From contig CBDDEL010000016.1 in assembly GCA_965226885.1 (NCBI GenBank), positions 704,001 to 768,000 of the forward strand: DNA of 64,000 bases, read 5' to 3'. The translations under genes and the position numbers were made by a program. The notes beneath the pieces are model-generated. The model was given only the letters and a program-made list of their open reading frames with translations, had not been told where the DNA came from and did not search any database. Shown in pieces: positions 22,718 through 33,229 of this stretch. This DNA comes from Opitutales bacterium (GTDB lineage: Bacteria > Verrucomicrobiota > Verrucomicrobiia > Opitutales > UBA2987). Each line of letters opens with the position of its first letter. Within the stretch, counting starts at the first letter, position 1.

Positions 22718-23380
22718 ATGAGATCGGTTACCAGCGGCACATTATATTTTGACGGAATCATGCCCTGGCTGGCTGCTGTTGTGATTTTCTTGAGTTCTGC
22801 GGGATCGGCGTTCTCCCATGACATAGCCCGCGGCAAGGTGGTTTTTCAAATTTGCGTTGCCTGCCACGGCGATCAGGGTTTGGGAAACCGGGCGGTCAAA
22901 GCGCCTCATATCGCGGGACTCAATGCCTGGTATGTGGAGGCCCAGCTAACCAAGTTCCGTTCCGGCATTAGGGGAACCCATCCCGATGATATCGAGGGCA
23001 TGCAAATGCGCCCGATGTCCAAGACCATTGCCTCGGAAGAAGATGTCAGGGAAGTGGCCGCCTATATCGAACATCTCAAGCCCAACAAGGGAAAAACTAC
23101 GGTGCAAGGCAATGCCGATCGCGGAAAAACCCATTATATGGTATGTATGGCTTGTCATGGAGACAAGGGACAGGGAAATCAGGCCCTCGGTTCGCCGCCC
23201 CTCGTACGTTTGAACGATTGGTACATTTTGAGCCAGTTGAAAAAATTTCGCTCCGGCATCCATGGATCCAATCCGCTTGATATAACCGGCATGCAAATGC
23301 GGCCAATGGCCATGACTTTGCCCAACGAGCAGGCCATGCTGGATGTGATCGCCTATATCAATTCACTTTGGGAAAATTGA
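22718..23380 (+). CDS. Di-heme cytochrome c (c4-like)
   Basis: Signal peptide, CVACH and CMACH, two GMQMRPM distal-Met motifs; start codon uncertain. Confidence 0.9.
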   Translation: MRSVTSGTLYFDGIMPWLAAVVIFLSSAGSAFSHDIARGKVVFQICVACHGDQGLGNRAVKAPHIAGLNAWYVEAQLTKFRSGIRGTHPDDIEGMQMRPMSKTIASEEDVREVAAYIEHLKPNKGKTTVQGNADRGKTHYMVCMACHGDKGQGNQALGSPPLVRLNDWYILSQLKKFRSGIHGSNPLDITGMQMRPMAMTLPNEQAMLDVIAYINSLWEN

Positions 23381-23423
23381 AAATCATTCAAGCGAACCAA
23401 AAATACCACCAGCCATCAAAATT

Positions 23424-23525
23424 ATGAACGAAGACATCAGTGATAAAGTGGCCAGGATCGCCTTCAGGATCACTTTGATAGGCTGCATCCTCTACGGATT
23501 GAGTGTGATATTATTCGTTTTTTGA
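23424..23525 (+). CDS. 33-aa single-TM protein in the cox operon
   Basis: MNEDISDKVARIAFRITLIGCILYGLSVILFVF*, between the cytochrome c and coxB. Confidence 0.55.
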   Translation: MNEDISDKVARIAFRITLIGCILYGLSVILFVF

Positions 23526-23573
23526 AGATGCTGATACTTAAGCCAAACAATTGAGCAAGAAAACGGATACAGG

Positions 23574-24311
23574 ATGATTGAGAGTTTAATAGAAAACGCC
23601 TCCACTTACGGGGGGAAAATAGACGATCTATTTACCCTCGTAACCCTATTAATAGGCGGATGGTTCTTTTTGGCTGAGGGAATCCTCTTCTATTTTATCA
23701 TCCGGTTTCGGCGCAAGGACGGAGTGAAAGCCCAATACGTGACCGGGGAGAAGAGAGAAGAGCACAAATGGATAGCCTATCCGCACTACCTCATCATCCT
23801 CTTTGATATCGTCATAATCGTGGGCGCGGTGATGGTTTGGTACGAGGTTAAACAAAAGCTGCCCCCCGCCGACGCCACCATACGGGTGACTGGCAGGCAA
23901 TGGTCATGGATATTCACCCATCCCGGTCCGGACGGAATTCTCGACACAGGGGACGACATTAAAACTGTGGACAGCCTGCATGTGCAAGTAGACACCACTT
24001 ACCACTTTCTACTGGAATCGAAAGACGTCCTCCATAGTTTTTCAGTGCCGGTATTTCGGCTCAAACAGGACGCTATTCCGGGCAGGGTTATTACCGGATG
24101 GTTCAACGCGATCAAGACCGGAGAGTACGATATCCAATGCGCAGAGATATGCGGCATAGGCCATGGCATTATGGCCGCTCGCATCTCCATAGATTCGCCA
24201 AAGGATCACCAGGCTTGGATAAATGAAAAATCGCAACTGACTCAAACCGAGCGAATGGCTATGTCGGCCGAAAGTGAAATTTTAAACCGGGAGGATAAAA
24301 ACAATGGCTGA
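23574..24311 (+). CDS. coxB: Cytochrome c oxidase subunit II
   Basis: Two TM helices, DVLHSF and CAEICGIGHGIM CuA motif. Confidence 0.95.
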   Translation: MIESLIENASTYGGKIDDLFTLVTLLIGGWFFLAEGILFYFIIRFRRKDGVKAQYVTGEKREEHKWIAYPHYLIILFDIVIIVGAVMVWYEVKQKLPPADATIRVTGRQWSWIFTHPGPDGILDTGDDIKTVDSLHVQVDTTYHFLLESKDVLHSFSVPVFRLKQDAIPGRVITGWFNAIKTGEYDIQCAEICGIGHGIMAARISIDSPKDHQAWINEKSQLTQTERMAMSAESEILNREDKNNG

Positions 24312-26013
24312 GACCACCGTAGCCACAGAATTATCCCACGAAGTCCACGACCACCACGAGAAACCGGACTTCTGGAGCAAGTACATCTTTTCCACCGATC
24401 ACAAGATGATCGCCATGCAGTATATGTTCACGGGCATCGTGATGGCCTTGATCGGGGGCTATATGGCCTATGTTTTCCGCATGCAGCTGGCTTTCCCGGG
24501 AGAACCTGTGCCTGGCTTCGGCACGGTCACGCCTCTGAATTATAATGCGCTCATTACCAATCACGGCGCCATCATGATTTTCTGGGTGGCCATGCCGATA
24601 TTGATCGCCGCTCTGGGCAATTTTCTGATTCCCCTGATGATCGGGTGCGACGACATGGTATTCCCTCGGGTTAACCGGCTCTCCTACCAGATATTTCTGC
24701 TCAGCGTGGTCGTCTTGTTCGCTTCTTTTTTCGCCCCGGGGGGCGGCTTCGGGGGTGGCTGGACGGCCTACCCACCCCTCTCAGCCCAGTCGCAATACAG
24801 TTTAACGCCTTTCGGGGCGCCGCTCTGGCTGCTGGCCATAGCCCTGGAATTTGTGGCCTTCTTGCTGGGAGGGATCAATTTCATCACCACGACCATGAAC
24901 GCCCGGGCCAAGGGCATGAAGATGTACGACATCCCCATCATGGTATGGATGATCGTCATCGCCAGCCTCCTGTTTATGTTATCGGTCGGTCCTTTGATTG
25001 CCGGAGCCGTCATGCTCCTCTTCGACCAGATCCTGGGCACAACTTTCTATAACCCCGAAGGCGGCGGCGACCCGGTGCTCTGGCAGCACCTCTTCTGGTT
25101 TTTCGGGCATCCCGAGGTCTATGTGGTATTGCTGCCGGCCCTGGGGGCGGTGGCGGAGGTTATTTGCGTCTTTTCCCGCAAGAAGCTCTTCGCTTACAAA
25201 ACCATTCTCTATACCACCTTTGCCACCGGCATCCTGAGTTTTTTCGTTTGGGCCCACCATCAATTCATCGCCGGCATTGATCCCCGTATGGCCCATATTT
25301 TCACCGTCACCACGGTGCTAATCTCCATTCCCATTGCGGAAATGTTGTTTTGCTATATCGCCACGCTCTACGGGGGATCGATTGAACTGCGCACTCCCAT
25401 GCTTTTCGCGCTGGCTTTCCTAGTTGAATTCCTCATCGGCGGAGTGACCGGCATTTATCTGGGGTCGAGCGGGGTCGATATATACTTCCACGACACCTAC
25501 TTCGTGCTGGCCCATTTTCATTACACCTTTTTCCCCATTGCCATTATCGGATTCTTCACGGCCATCTATTACTGGTTTCCGAAGATGTTCGGCCGCATGA
25601 TGAACGAGACCTGGGGCAGGATACATTTCTGGGGTACCATAATACCCTTCAACTGCATCTTCCTGCCTCTTTTTGTCCTGGGCATGGCGGGCCAGCACCG
25701 GCGCATCTACAACTTTAACAACTTTCCCGACCTGGCCTCACAGGATATGCAAAATCTGCGCATTTTCGCCACCTGGTCGGCAGTGGTCATGCTGCTCTTT
25801 CAAATTCCCTTTTTAATTAATTTCACGGTTAGCATGTTCAAGGGGGAAAAAGCCGGCAAAAACCCCTGGAAAGCCAACACCCTGGAGTGGACGGCGCCCT
25901 CTCCTCCGCCCCACGGCAATTTCAAGGAACCGCCGGTGGTTTACCGAGGCCCCTACGAATACAGCGTGCCGGGGAGGGAAAAGGATTACTGGCCGCAAGA
26001 CGAACCCGTTTAG
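24304..26013 (+). CDS. coxA: Heme-copper oxidase subunit I (A1-like, K-channel substituted)
   Basis: NHG, FGHPEVY, WAHH, HDTY..AHFH and RR motifs. Confidence 0.95.
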   Translation: MAETTVATELSHEVHDHHEKPDFWSKYIFSTDHKMIAMQYMFTGIVMALIGGYMAYVFRMQLAFPGEPVPGFGTVTPLNYNALITNHGAIMIFWVAMPILIAALGNFLIPLMIGCDDMVFPRVNRLSYQIFLLSVVVLFASFFAPGGGFGGGWTAYPPLSAQSQYSLTPFGAPLWLLAIALEFVAFLLGGINFITTTMNARAKGMKMYDIPIMVWMIVIASLLFMLSVGPLIAGAVMLLFDQILGTTFYNPEGGGDPVLWQHLFWFFGHPEVYVVLLPALGAVAEVICVFSRKKLFAYKTILYTTFATGILSFFVWAHHQFIAGIDPRMAHIFTVTTVLISIPIAEMLFCYIATLYGGSIELRTPMLFALAFLVEFLIGGVTGIYLGSSGVDIYFHDTYFVLAHFHYTFFPIAIIGFFTAIYYWFPKMFGRMMNETWGRIHFWGTIIPFNCIFLPLFVLGMAGQHRRIYNFNNFPDLASQDMQNLRIFATWSAVVMLLFQIPFLINFTVSMFKGEKAGKNPWKANTLEWTAPSPPPHGNFKEPPVVYRGPYEYSVPGREKDYWPQDEPV

Positions 26014-26065
26014 ATCGAACTTCATTCAATTCATTTCAGTTAATTTAAGAAAATAATCGAAAAAA

Positions 26066-26644
26066 ATGGCATTTACAGCACCAGCAGCCACGGCCAGAAG
26101 CGCCACTGAAATACCCACCGGACGACTTGGCGTTTGGTGGGTGGTGGTCTCTGAAATCGTCATTTTTGGGGGATTGGTTCTCTGTTATATCATGTTTCGC
26201 CTGCACCACGAGGAATGGGCCGAATATGCTTCCCACACCAGCACCGTGGCCGGGGCGTTCAACACCTTTGTTCTGCTCACCTCCAGCCTGTTCATTGTCC
26301 TGGCCCATCAGGCGGCGGAGGCCGGGGAACTGAAAAAAGCCTTTCGATTTATATGGTGCACAATTGGCGGAGGAGGAATATTTCTGGTTGTTAAATCGAT
26401 CGAATGGACGAATGAAATTTCACACGGCTATACGATATTCGCCAATAATTTCTGGTCCTTTTATTATATCGTTACAGGCCTGCACGGCCTCCACGTTATT
26501 GGTGGAATGGTTATCATGGCCATCATCTCCATCGGGGTGAAAAAAGGGGAGCACCTTCCCCGGGTCGAGTATATCGGCATATACTGGCACTTCGTGGATA
26601 TCGTCTGGCTATTCCTCTTTCCTCTCTTCTATATCGCCAAATAA
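26066..26644 (+). CDS. coxC: Cytochrome c oxidase subunit III-like
   Basis: SE...F, NT.VLLTSS, TGLHGLHV, YWHFVD.VW. Confidence 0.92.
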   Translation: MAFTAPAATARSATEIPTGRLGVWWVVVSEIVIFGGLVLCYIMFRLHHEEWAEYASHTSTVAGAFNTFVLLTSSLFIVLAHQAAEAGELKKAFRFIWCTIGGGGIFLVVKSIEWTNEISHGYTIFANNFWSFYYIVTGLHGLHVIGGMVIMAIISIGVKKGEHLPRVEYIGIYWHFVDIVWLFLFPLFYIAK

Positions 26645-26680
26645 TCGTTCAACCACACCTCTATCCAGGATCCAACTGCC

Positions 26681-27025
26681 ATGAACGAAGAACACGCACA
26701 TCCAAATTATATCAAGATATGGGCCATCCTGACGTTTCTGCTTTTTGTCAGCATTGTCGGGCCCATGATCGGAATCCCGGCTTTGACCCTCATCACGGCA
26801 TTCGGCATCGCGTTGGTCAAAGCGGTCATGGTGGGGGCCTATTTCATGCACTTGAACATCGAAAAACGCTTTGTATGGTACATGTTGTTCACCGCGTTGC
26901 TTTTTCTGGGCTTATTCTTCTTCGGCGTTTCCCCCGATGTGATGAAATCCGACGGCACCAACTGGGTCAATCAAACAACGGCTGCCGTATCTGTCGAGGC
27001 GGGCGATGCCGGTTCGCATCACTAA
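26681..27025 (+). CDS. Cytochrome c oxidase subunit IV family protein
   Basis: Three TM helices, KA..V..YFMHL motif. Confidence 0.88.
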   Translation: MNEEHAHPNYIKIWAILTFLLFVSIVGPMIGIPALTLITAFGIALVKAVMVGAYFMHLNIEKRFVWYMLFTALLFLGLFFFGVSPDVMKSDGTNWVNQTTAAVSVEAGDAGSHH

Positions 27026-27114
27026 ACAGCAGGCAGTTGCCGGGGCGTTATTGCTTCTCGGTAAAAAAGTATAAGGATTGAAGATCGAGGGTTGGATTTT
27101 TGGAAACTGCAATA

Positions 27115-27696
27115 ATGAACAAATCCGTCAAAGAGCAAAGCTCTCAGGGGCCGTATTTACCTAATGGCGTGCTCGGCATGGTATGTTTTATAACCATGGA
27201 AATCATGTTTTTCGCCGCCCTCATCAGCGCTTACATGATTGTAAAGTCCGGCATGTTGTTCTGGCCTCCGCCGGATCAGCCGCGTTTGCCGGTGGCAGCG
27301 ACGGCTATTAATTCTTTAGTGCTTCTGGCCAGCGGCTGGCTGCTTTTCAAAGCGGAGCGCTCCTTTCGACAAAATAAGAATGGTGAAGCCGCCTACCGAC
27401 TTTTTCGCCTTTCCATTTATCTGGGAACTTTTTTTGTACTTTTCCAGGGTTTTGAATGGATCCGTCTAATCGGATTCGGGCTGACTATGACCTCAAGCAC
27501 CTACGGGGGCTTTTTCTACCTCATAATCGGCACCCATGCTTCCCACGCGGTAACCGCTTTAATTGTTATGGTTCTAATGCTCAAGAAGATGAAAAAGAAC
27601 CAGCTCTCTACAGTAGAATTTTGGTGCACCCAGATATTCTGGCATTTTGTTGTTGGGGTTTGGCCGATTCTTTATATCCTGGTTTACCTGAATTAA
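27115..27696 (+). CDS. Second subunit III-like protein
   Basis: EIMFFAAL, GTHASHA, FWHFVVGVW. Confidence 0.88.
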   Translation: MNKSVKEQSSQGPYLPNGVLGMVCFITMEIMFFAALISAYMIVKSGMLFWPPPDQPRLPVAATAINSLVLLASGWLLFKAERSFRQNKNGEAAYRLFRLSIYLGTFFVLFQGFEWIRLIGFGLTMTSSTYGGFFYLIIGTHASHAVTALIVMVLMLKKMKKNQLSTVEFWCTQIFWHFVVGVWPILYILVYLN

Positions 27697-27712
27697 TTTT
27701 TTCAACGAAGCA

Positions 27713-27952
27713 GTGAACTTAAACCGCAAAATAGCATCCCTTGTCCTTCTCCTGGCGGTATGGGCTCCGCAAGCCGCTCTGGCCTGCTCCGTCTGTTTTT
27801 CGGCCCGGGAGGAAACTCGGTTCGCATTTTACCAGACAACCGCTCTTTTAACTTTCCTCCCATTGTTATTGGTAGCGGCCTTTGTTTTCTGGATGCTCAG
27901 AAGGATGCGAAAATCGGATCGCCCGCTTGCCGAAAATCCTGCCCAGCCCTGA
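27713..27952 (+). CDS. Small exported CxxC membrane protein
   Basis: Signal peptide ending ALA, then CSVC, then a TM helix. Confidence 0.7.
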   Translation: MNLNRKIASLVLLLAVWAPQAALACSVCFSAREETRFAFYQTTALLTFLPLLLVAAFVFWMLRRMRKSDRPLAENPAQP

Positions 27953-27972
27953 TTCAGACAATCGGAAATGGC

Positions 27973-29280
27973 TCAATCCAGTTCTGAAAAATCGGGCATC
28001 TCCGGCTGCCGGAAATTTTCTCCTGAAATCAATTGCCTGGGAACATAGGGTCGGGACAGCAGTTCATTGAAACTGCGCGCCGGGAAAACCACCAATTCAG
28101 CCATTTTCTGCGGTTCAATCGTACCATATTGGCGCAATCCCATATATTCAGCCGGAGTTGCCGTGACCAGGCGAGGTGTATGCTCCAGATGCGGCTCCAG
28201 TTGGCCAATACGGATGGATTGCACCAAAACCTCGAACATATCGTAGTCTCCATAGGCAAAATAGCCGTCCCGCACATTATCGCTGGCGCAAGCAATGGGA
28301 ATGGCGCTGTCAAGCATTTCGTGGTACAGAGTGATGCCACGCCACATGGGTGTAAAGGTAGCGGACCCTTGCGCACCCGGAGCCTTTGTTTTGCGGTCCT
28401 GCAGGAACAGGTTGCACATGGGAAGGGTAATAATTTTGATTCCCGCCGATTTAACGAGATTGAGGGTTTCGGCCTGCCTGGCCGGTTCCTGCAATGCCAG
28501 GCTGGAGCAGTGCCCGCAGAAAACGGGATTAGGGAAATTATTGCGAAAAACGGCCTCGGCCGTTTTTCGCAGGCATTCATTGGAGGGGTCGTTGTTTTCG
28601 TCCACATGGAGGTCCAGCCCCACCCCGATGTCCCCGACGAGGGCCATTAAACGGTCGAGGCTGCGATCCAAATCAGGATTCATGTGCGGCATAGTTCCGA
28701 GAAAATCCGCCCCCATATCGACCAGTTTCTCCGCCCGTTTTCTTCCTTGCTGGGCCGTAAAAAAGTCGATACCGGTCAAGGCAACCGCTTGCAGGGTAAT
28801 CCGCCCCGCCCACTCAGTCTGCAAACGATTGTAAACGGCAAAAACCATCTCGGAAACCTGTTCACTGGCATCGAGGTGGGTACGCATGGCCGCAGTGCCA
28901 TTCCCCCATGCGCACTTTAAGGAAAAATCGCCCCGTAAATAGAGGTCTTCTTCATCCCAGACTGCCTTGTCCGAATGAAAACATTCACCCGCCTCCTGGA
29001 AATTGCCACTTCGGTTGGGAGCCCGATTCCAGGTGTAGGTTTTGTCGAGATGAGTGTGGACGTCAATAAAAGCGGGTAATACCATACGGCCTTTAAGATC
29101 GATTCTTTTCCATTGTCCGACCAATCGACCCGGCGGGGCAACCGCTGTGATGGTATTTCCGGTAACCGCTATGTCGCACAAAGCGGCAGGGTCGAACCAT
29201 AGTTTTTCGCCCTCGCAGGCATCGGCAAAAGTCTCCGGCAGCAGGCAAACAGGGACTTTGGCGTTCTCGTATATTGTCAT
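27973..29280 (-). CDS. Cytosine/pterin deaminase-like amidohydrolase
   Basis: DVHTHLDK, HVDE, HCSS and SDN metal-binding motifs. Confidence 0.9.
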   Translation of the reverse strand: MTIYENAKVPVCLLPETFADACEGEKLWFDPAALCDIAVTGNTITAVAPPGRLVGQWKRIDLKGRMVLPAFIDVHTHLDKTYTWNRAPNRSGNFQEAGECFHSDKAVWDEEDLYLRGDFSLKCAWGNGTAAMRTHLDASEQVSEMVFAVYNRLQTEWAGRITLQAVALTGIDFFTAQQGRKRAEKLVDMGADFLGTMPHMNPDLDRSLDRLMALVGDIGVGLDLHVDENNDPSNECLRKTAEAVFRNNFPNPVFCGHCSSLALQEPARQAETLNLVKSAGIKIITLPMCNLFLQDRKTKAPGAQGSATFTPMWRGITLYHEMLDSAIPIACASDNVRDGYFAYGDYDMFEVLVQSIRIGQLEPHLEHTPRLVTATPAEYMGLRQYGTIEPQKMAELVVFPARSFNELLSRPYVPRQLISGENFRQPEMPDFSELD

Positions 29281-29311
29281 AGTACCGTTTGCAAAAATCC
29301 TGAATACCGGA

Positions 29312-31641
29312 TTATGGATTTGCGCTGAAATCCAGAAGTTGATCCAGGTTTGCCGGCTCGGCGAGAATCCCTGCCTTCAGCAATATGTTCTGGCTAGCTT
29401 TCCATTTATCGGCGCGCATGATGGCCAGGGGCGGCAGCCCATCGGGACTGACCAATTCGGCGATCCGGCGCAAGGAGGCGGTCTGGTATTCCCGATCCAG
29501 ATGAGGAGAATATTCCGCAATCACCAGATCGGCCGTTTCCTCCACATGATCGATGAAATGGACGGGGAAAACTGGACAGTGGAATAAGGTGGTCTTGAAC
29601 CACTAAATCCGCTAACCTATGAATGTTATTAAATCACGAAAGAGAAGACAATACAGTGCTGAGTTTAAAGCCCGAGTGGCCCTGGAAGCCATCAGGGGCG
29701 CTCATACCATCAACGAGATCGCCGGTCGTTTTGAGGTGCATCCCAACCAGGTGACCCAATGGAAGAAGCAGCTTTTGCAGGGAGCAACGGAGCTGTTTTC
29801 GCGCCAGCGGCAGACTCTCAGCAAGGACAACGAGACGGAAAAAGATCACCTTTACCAGGAGATTGGAAAGCTGAAAGTAGAATGCGATTGGCTAAAAAAA
29901 AAGTCTGAACAATTCGGTTGGTGAGAGGCGCAAGATGGTGCAACCACTTCAAGGAAAAATCAGTATCGGCAGGCAATGTCAGTTGCTGGGGCTGGCCCGC
30001 GGCAGCTATTACTATCGGGCCCGTGCCCAGTGCGAGCAGAACGTTCTCTACATGCATCGCATGGATGAGCTCTACACCCAATATCCGTTTTTTGGTTCTC
30101 GCCGGATGACCCAGTGGCTGCGTCGAGAGGGCCATGCAGTGGGACGAGGCCGCATCCAGCGGCTCATGCGCCAAATGGGCCTGGAGGCTATTTATCCGCG
30201 TCGAAACTTGAGCCAGGGGCACCGGCAGCACCGCATTTTCCCTTATCTGCTGCGGGGTTTGGCGGTCGAGCGGCCCGACCAGGTATGGTGCAGCGACATC
30301 ACTTACCTGCGGCTGAGCCGAGGATTCCTTTTCTTGACCGTGGTGTTGGACTGGTTCAGCCGCTACGTGTTGAGCTGGCAGCTTTCCAACACCCTGGAGA
30401 GCCGCTTCTGTGTGCTCGCCCTGGAGGAAGCTCTGAGGCGGGCCCAACCTCAAATCTTCAACACCGATCAAGGCAGCCAGTTTACCGGCAGCGAGTTCAC
30501 CTCGGTGCTGGGGCAAGCCGGGGTGCGCATCAGCATGGACGGGCGTGGCCGCTACCTGGACAACATATTTGTTGAACGCTTTTGGAGAACCCTCAAGTAT
30601 GAAGACATTTACCTGCGCGAATACGCCACGGCAAAGGAAGCCAGCGAAGGGATAGCCCGCTACCTGGACTTCTACAACCACCTGCGCCCCCACCAAGCCC
30701 TGGGCTACCGGACCCCGGCCGAAGTCCATGCAATCGGAGCAAAACCAACCTCCCCGCCAATACAGCTTGCGGGCACCTGCGTGCCCGTCTTTGGCTAAGG
30801 ACAAAATATATTTTTAAAAAATAATATGAACACGATTTCCACCTTAATCCCACGTCAAAATTGTCCAAACAACCCCGTCCACTTCACGAGGGCATATTTC
30901 CATCCTTCTCTGCTCGCCCGTAAAAATCTCTTAACCAAATCGTGGTTCTGTGCCATCATTTTTTCGGTTGTGAAAATGACCTGGGAATAGGCATGGTATC
31001 CGTAATCGCGGGCCAAAATGATCTTGCTGGTTCCACCCGTCAGCAATTGCAGGTGGACGAACTCGTCCATGTAATAGCACTGCATGAGATCGACTTTACC
31101 CTCGACTAAAATGGCGGGATCCCAGCCAATTTCAATGGTTTCAATATGATCGTGACTCAAGCCGGCTCCATTCAGAACCAAGTCCAGAGCGACGGCTTCG
31201 ATGGTGGCATGGATGCCAATCTTTTTACCTTTAAAATCGGCCGGCGACTGAATTGCAGCAGAATGCAAAGACATCCAGCCCAGAGGAGAATCCTGGAACA
31301 TGGCGGCGATGGCTTTAATACCGGATTCGGTCACGCCTGCTTGCAGCAGGAAGGAGCTTTCAATCACACCGAATATATAGTCGGCTTTCTCATTGAGAAC
31401 GATGTCAACCGGAGTTCGTCCCTCGATCAGCGCCCGGATTTCCACCTCCATGCCTGCATCGGCATAAAAACCATGTTCTACGGCTTGATACATTCCTGCA
31501 AACTGGACATTCGGCACCCAATCGAGCTGCAATACAATGGGAATAAGGGGTTTTTCGGCTATTTGGCATTTGGCTATAGGTGGGAATTATCAAACCTGCG
31601 ATTAGAAAAACGTATAGGACTGTCAGCTTGGTTTTTGTCAT
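29312..31641 (-). pseudogene. NMT1/THI5-type ABC substrate-binding protein, IS3-interrupted and frameshifted
   Basis: LQLDWVPNVQFAG motif; WKYAL|DHVEETA rejoins across the CGA TSD; 7-bp duplication at 31561-31574. Confidence 0.88.
29554..30886 (+). mobile_element. IS3-family element (orfA 29619-29924, orfB to 30798)
   Basis: TG...CA IRs (TGAAATGGACGGGG / CCCCGTCCACTTCA); 3-bp TSD CGA; WCSDITY, NTDQGSQF and ERFWRTLKYE integrase core. Confidence 0.95.
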
Positions 31642-31805
31642 AAAGCGTTACATCAAGAAAAGAGTTTTTCCCGAAGTGGCAACCCCAGAATTTTCAGTCC
31701 GGGACAACTGAGGTTGTATTTTCAATTCAAATGAACGACGACGCAGAGCCCGATATTTTTTATTAATTCTTGGATTCCGAAGCCTCATCTGATTCAATAG
31801 AAGAT

Positions 31806-33212
31806 ATGAAATCGGCTTCCCGTTTTATGAAAATTCCACAAAGGACGGTATCGCAATTCAAGGCAATCGTGGGCCAATCCAATGTGCTGACCGAACCGGA
31901 GGCGGTGGAAAAGCTGTCCAAGGATTTTTTTTGGTATTCTCCTAAATTGAAAAGAGAGCTCAATGACAAGCGGGCGGATGTCGTTTTGAAAATCGCCCAT
32001 CGGGAAAGCCTGCAAAAGATAATTTCAATCTGTTGCGACGGGCAAATCCCCGTCACCATAAGGGGCGGCGGGACCGGCAATTACGGCCAATGTATTCCGC
32101 TATACGGGGGTGTCGTTCTCGATCTGGGGGGCATGGACCGTATTGTATCGATAAAGGATGGAGTGGCCAGGGTAGAACCGGGGGTGCGGCTGGTAACGAT
32201 CGAAACCGAGGGGCGTAAACTTGGCTGGGAGCTGCGCTGCATGCCTTCTACCTTTGTCAAAAGCAGTGTTGCCGGTTTTCTCTGCGGCGGCTCCGCCGGA
32301 ATCGGTTCGGTCACCTGGGGAGGGATCAACAACGACGACAATATAAAATCGATCACCTTAATGACGATCGAGGAAAAGCCGCGCCTCCTGAAGTTCAGGG
32401 AGCGCGAATGCATGACATCCCTGCACACTTACGGAACGACCGGGATTCTGGTAGAGGCCGAGATCCGGCTGGCTCCCAAAGTGCCTTACGACCAGCACAT
32501 CTTTATCGATTCCGATTGGGACAAATTACTCGACTGGGCCGATTCCATAGCTCAAAACCCGGCCATCCGCAAAAGGCTGGTGACGCAGTTTGAATGGCCC
32601 ATCCCTTCCTATTTTCTGCCCCTGCGGCGATTCCTGCAAGAAGGCTTTCATTGCGTTTTTCTGTTGGTCGACAGGGAGCAAAGCGATGAAGTCAAGAAAA
32701 GCGCCGAAAACATGGGCATTCGCCACACCCATACCATCGAATACAGGGAGCCATTGCGCCCCCCCTATCTGACGGACTACACCTGGAACCACACCACCCT
32801 CTGGGCCATTAAAAAAGACAGCAAACTGACCTACAGCCAATTGAATCTGGGGGAAAATTTTCGAGGAAAAATCCGTTGCCTGTGGAATCGATTTCCGGGA
32901 GAGATCATGATGCACCTGGAATGGATTAAGGGAATCCCCAAGTCTCAAAACACATATAGCGGCATCTTTTGCGGGTGCATGCCCCTGATCCGATTCCGAT
33001 CCGATGAGCGCCTGCGGGAAATTTCCCGTTACTGCCGTGAAATCGGGATTTTCGAGGCCAATCCGCATACTTTTTATCTGGAAGACGGCGCCGCCCATCC
33101 AGATATTGAAACCAAGCGGCAGCTCAAAACGGAAACGGATCCACTCGGCATTCTTAACCCCGGCAAAATGAGGACCTATCAAACCAATCCCTTCGAACCA
33201 ACTCCTGTCTGA
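31806..33212 (+). CDS. FAD-binding (PCMH/GlcD-like) oxidoreductase 1
   Basis: RGGGTGNYGQCIP..GG and DPLGILNPGK; start codon uncertain. Confidence 0.9.
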   Translation: MKSASRFMKIPQRTVSQFKAIVGQSNVLTEPEAVEKLSKDFFWYSPKLKRELNDKRADVVLKIAHRESLQKIISICCDGQIPVTIRGGGTGNYGQCIPLYGGVVLDLGGMDRIVSIKDGVARVEPGVRLVTIETEGRKLGWELRCMPSTFVKSSVAGFLCGGSAGIGSVTWGGINNDDNIKSITLMTIEEKPRLLKFRERECMTSLHTYGTTGILVEAEIRLAPKVPYDQHIFIDSDWDKLLDWADSIAQNPAIRKRLVTQFEWPIPSYFLPLRRFLQEGFHCVFLLVDREQSDEVKKSAENMGIRHTHTIEYREPLRPPYLTDYTWNHTTLWAIKKDSKLTYSQLNLGENFRGKIRCLWNRFPGEIMMHLEWIKGIPKSQNTYSGIFCGCMPLIRFRSDERLREISRYCREIGIFEANPHTFYLEDGAAHPDIETKRQLKTETDPLGILNPGKMRTYQTNPFEPTPV

Positions 33213-33229
33213 AACCAATTTTTCTGAGA

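Noticed and set aside
31642..31805. Riboswitch upstream of the oxidoreductase operon
   Set aside because: No recognisable TPP, FMN, purine, THF or Moco consensus by eye; an Rfam scan would be needed.
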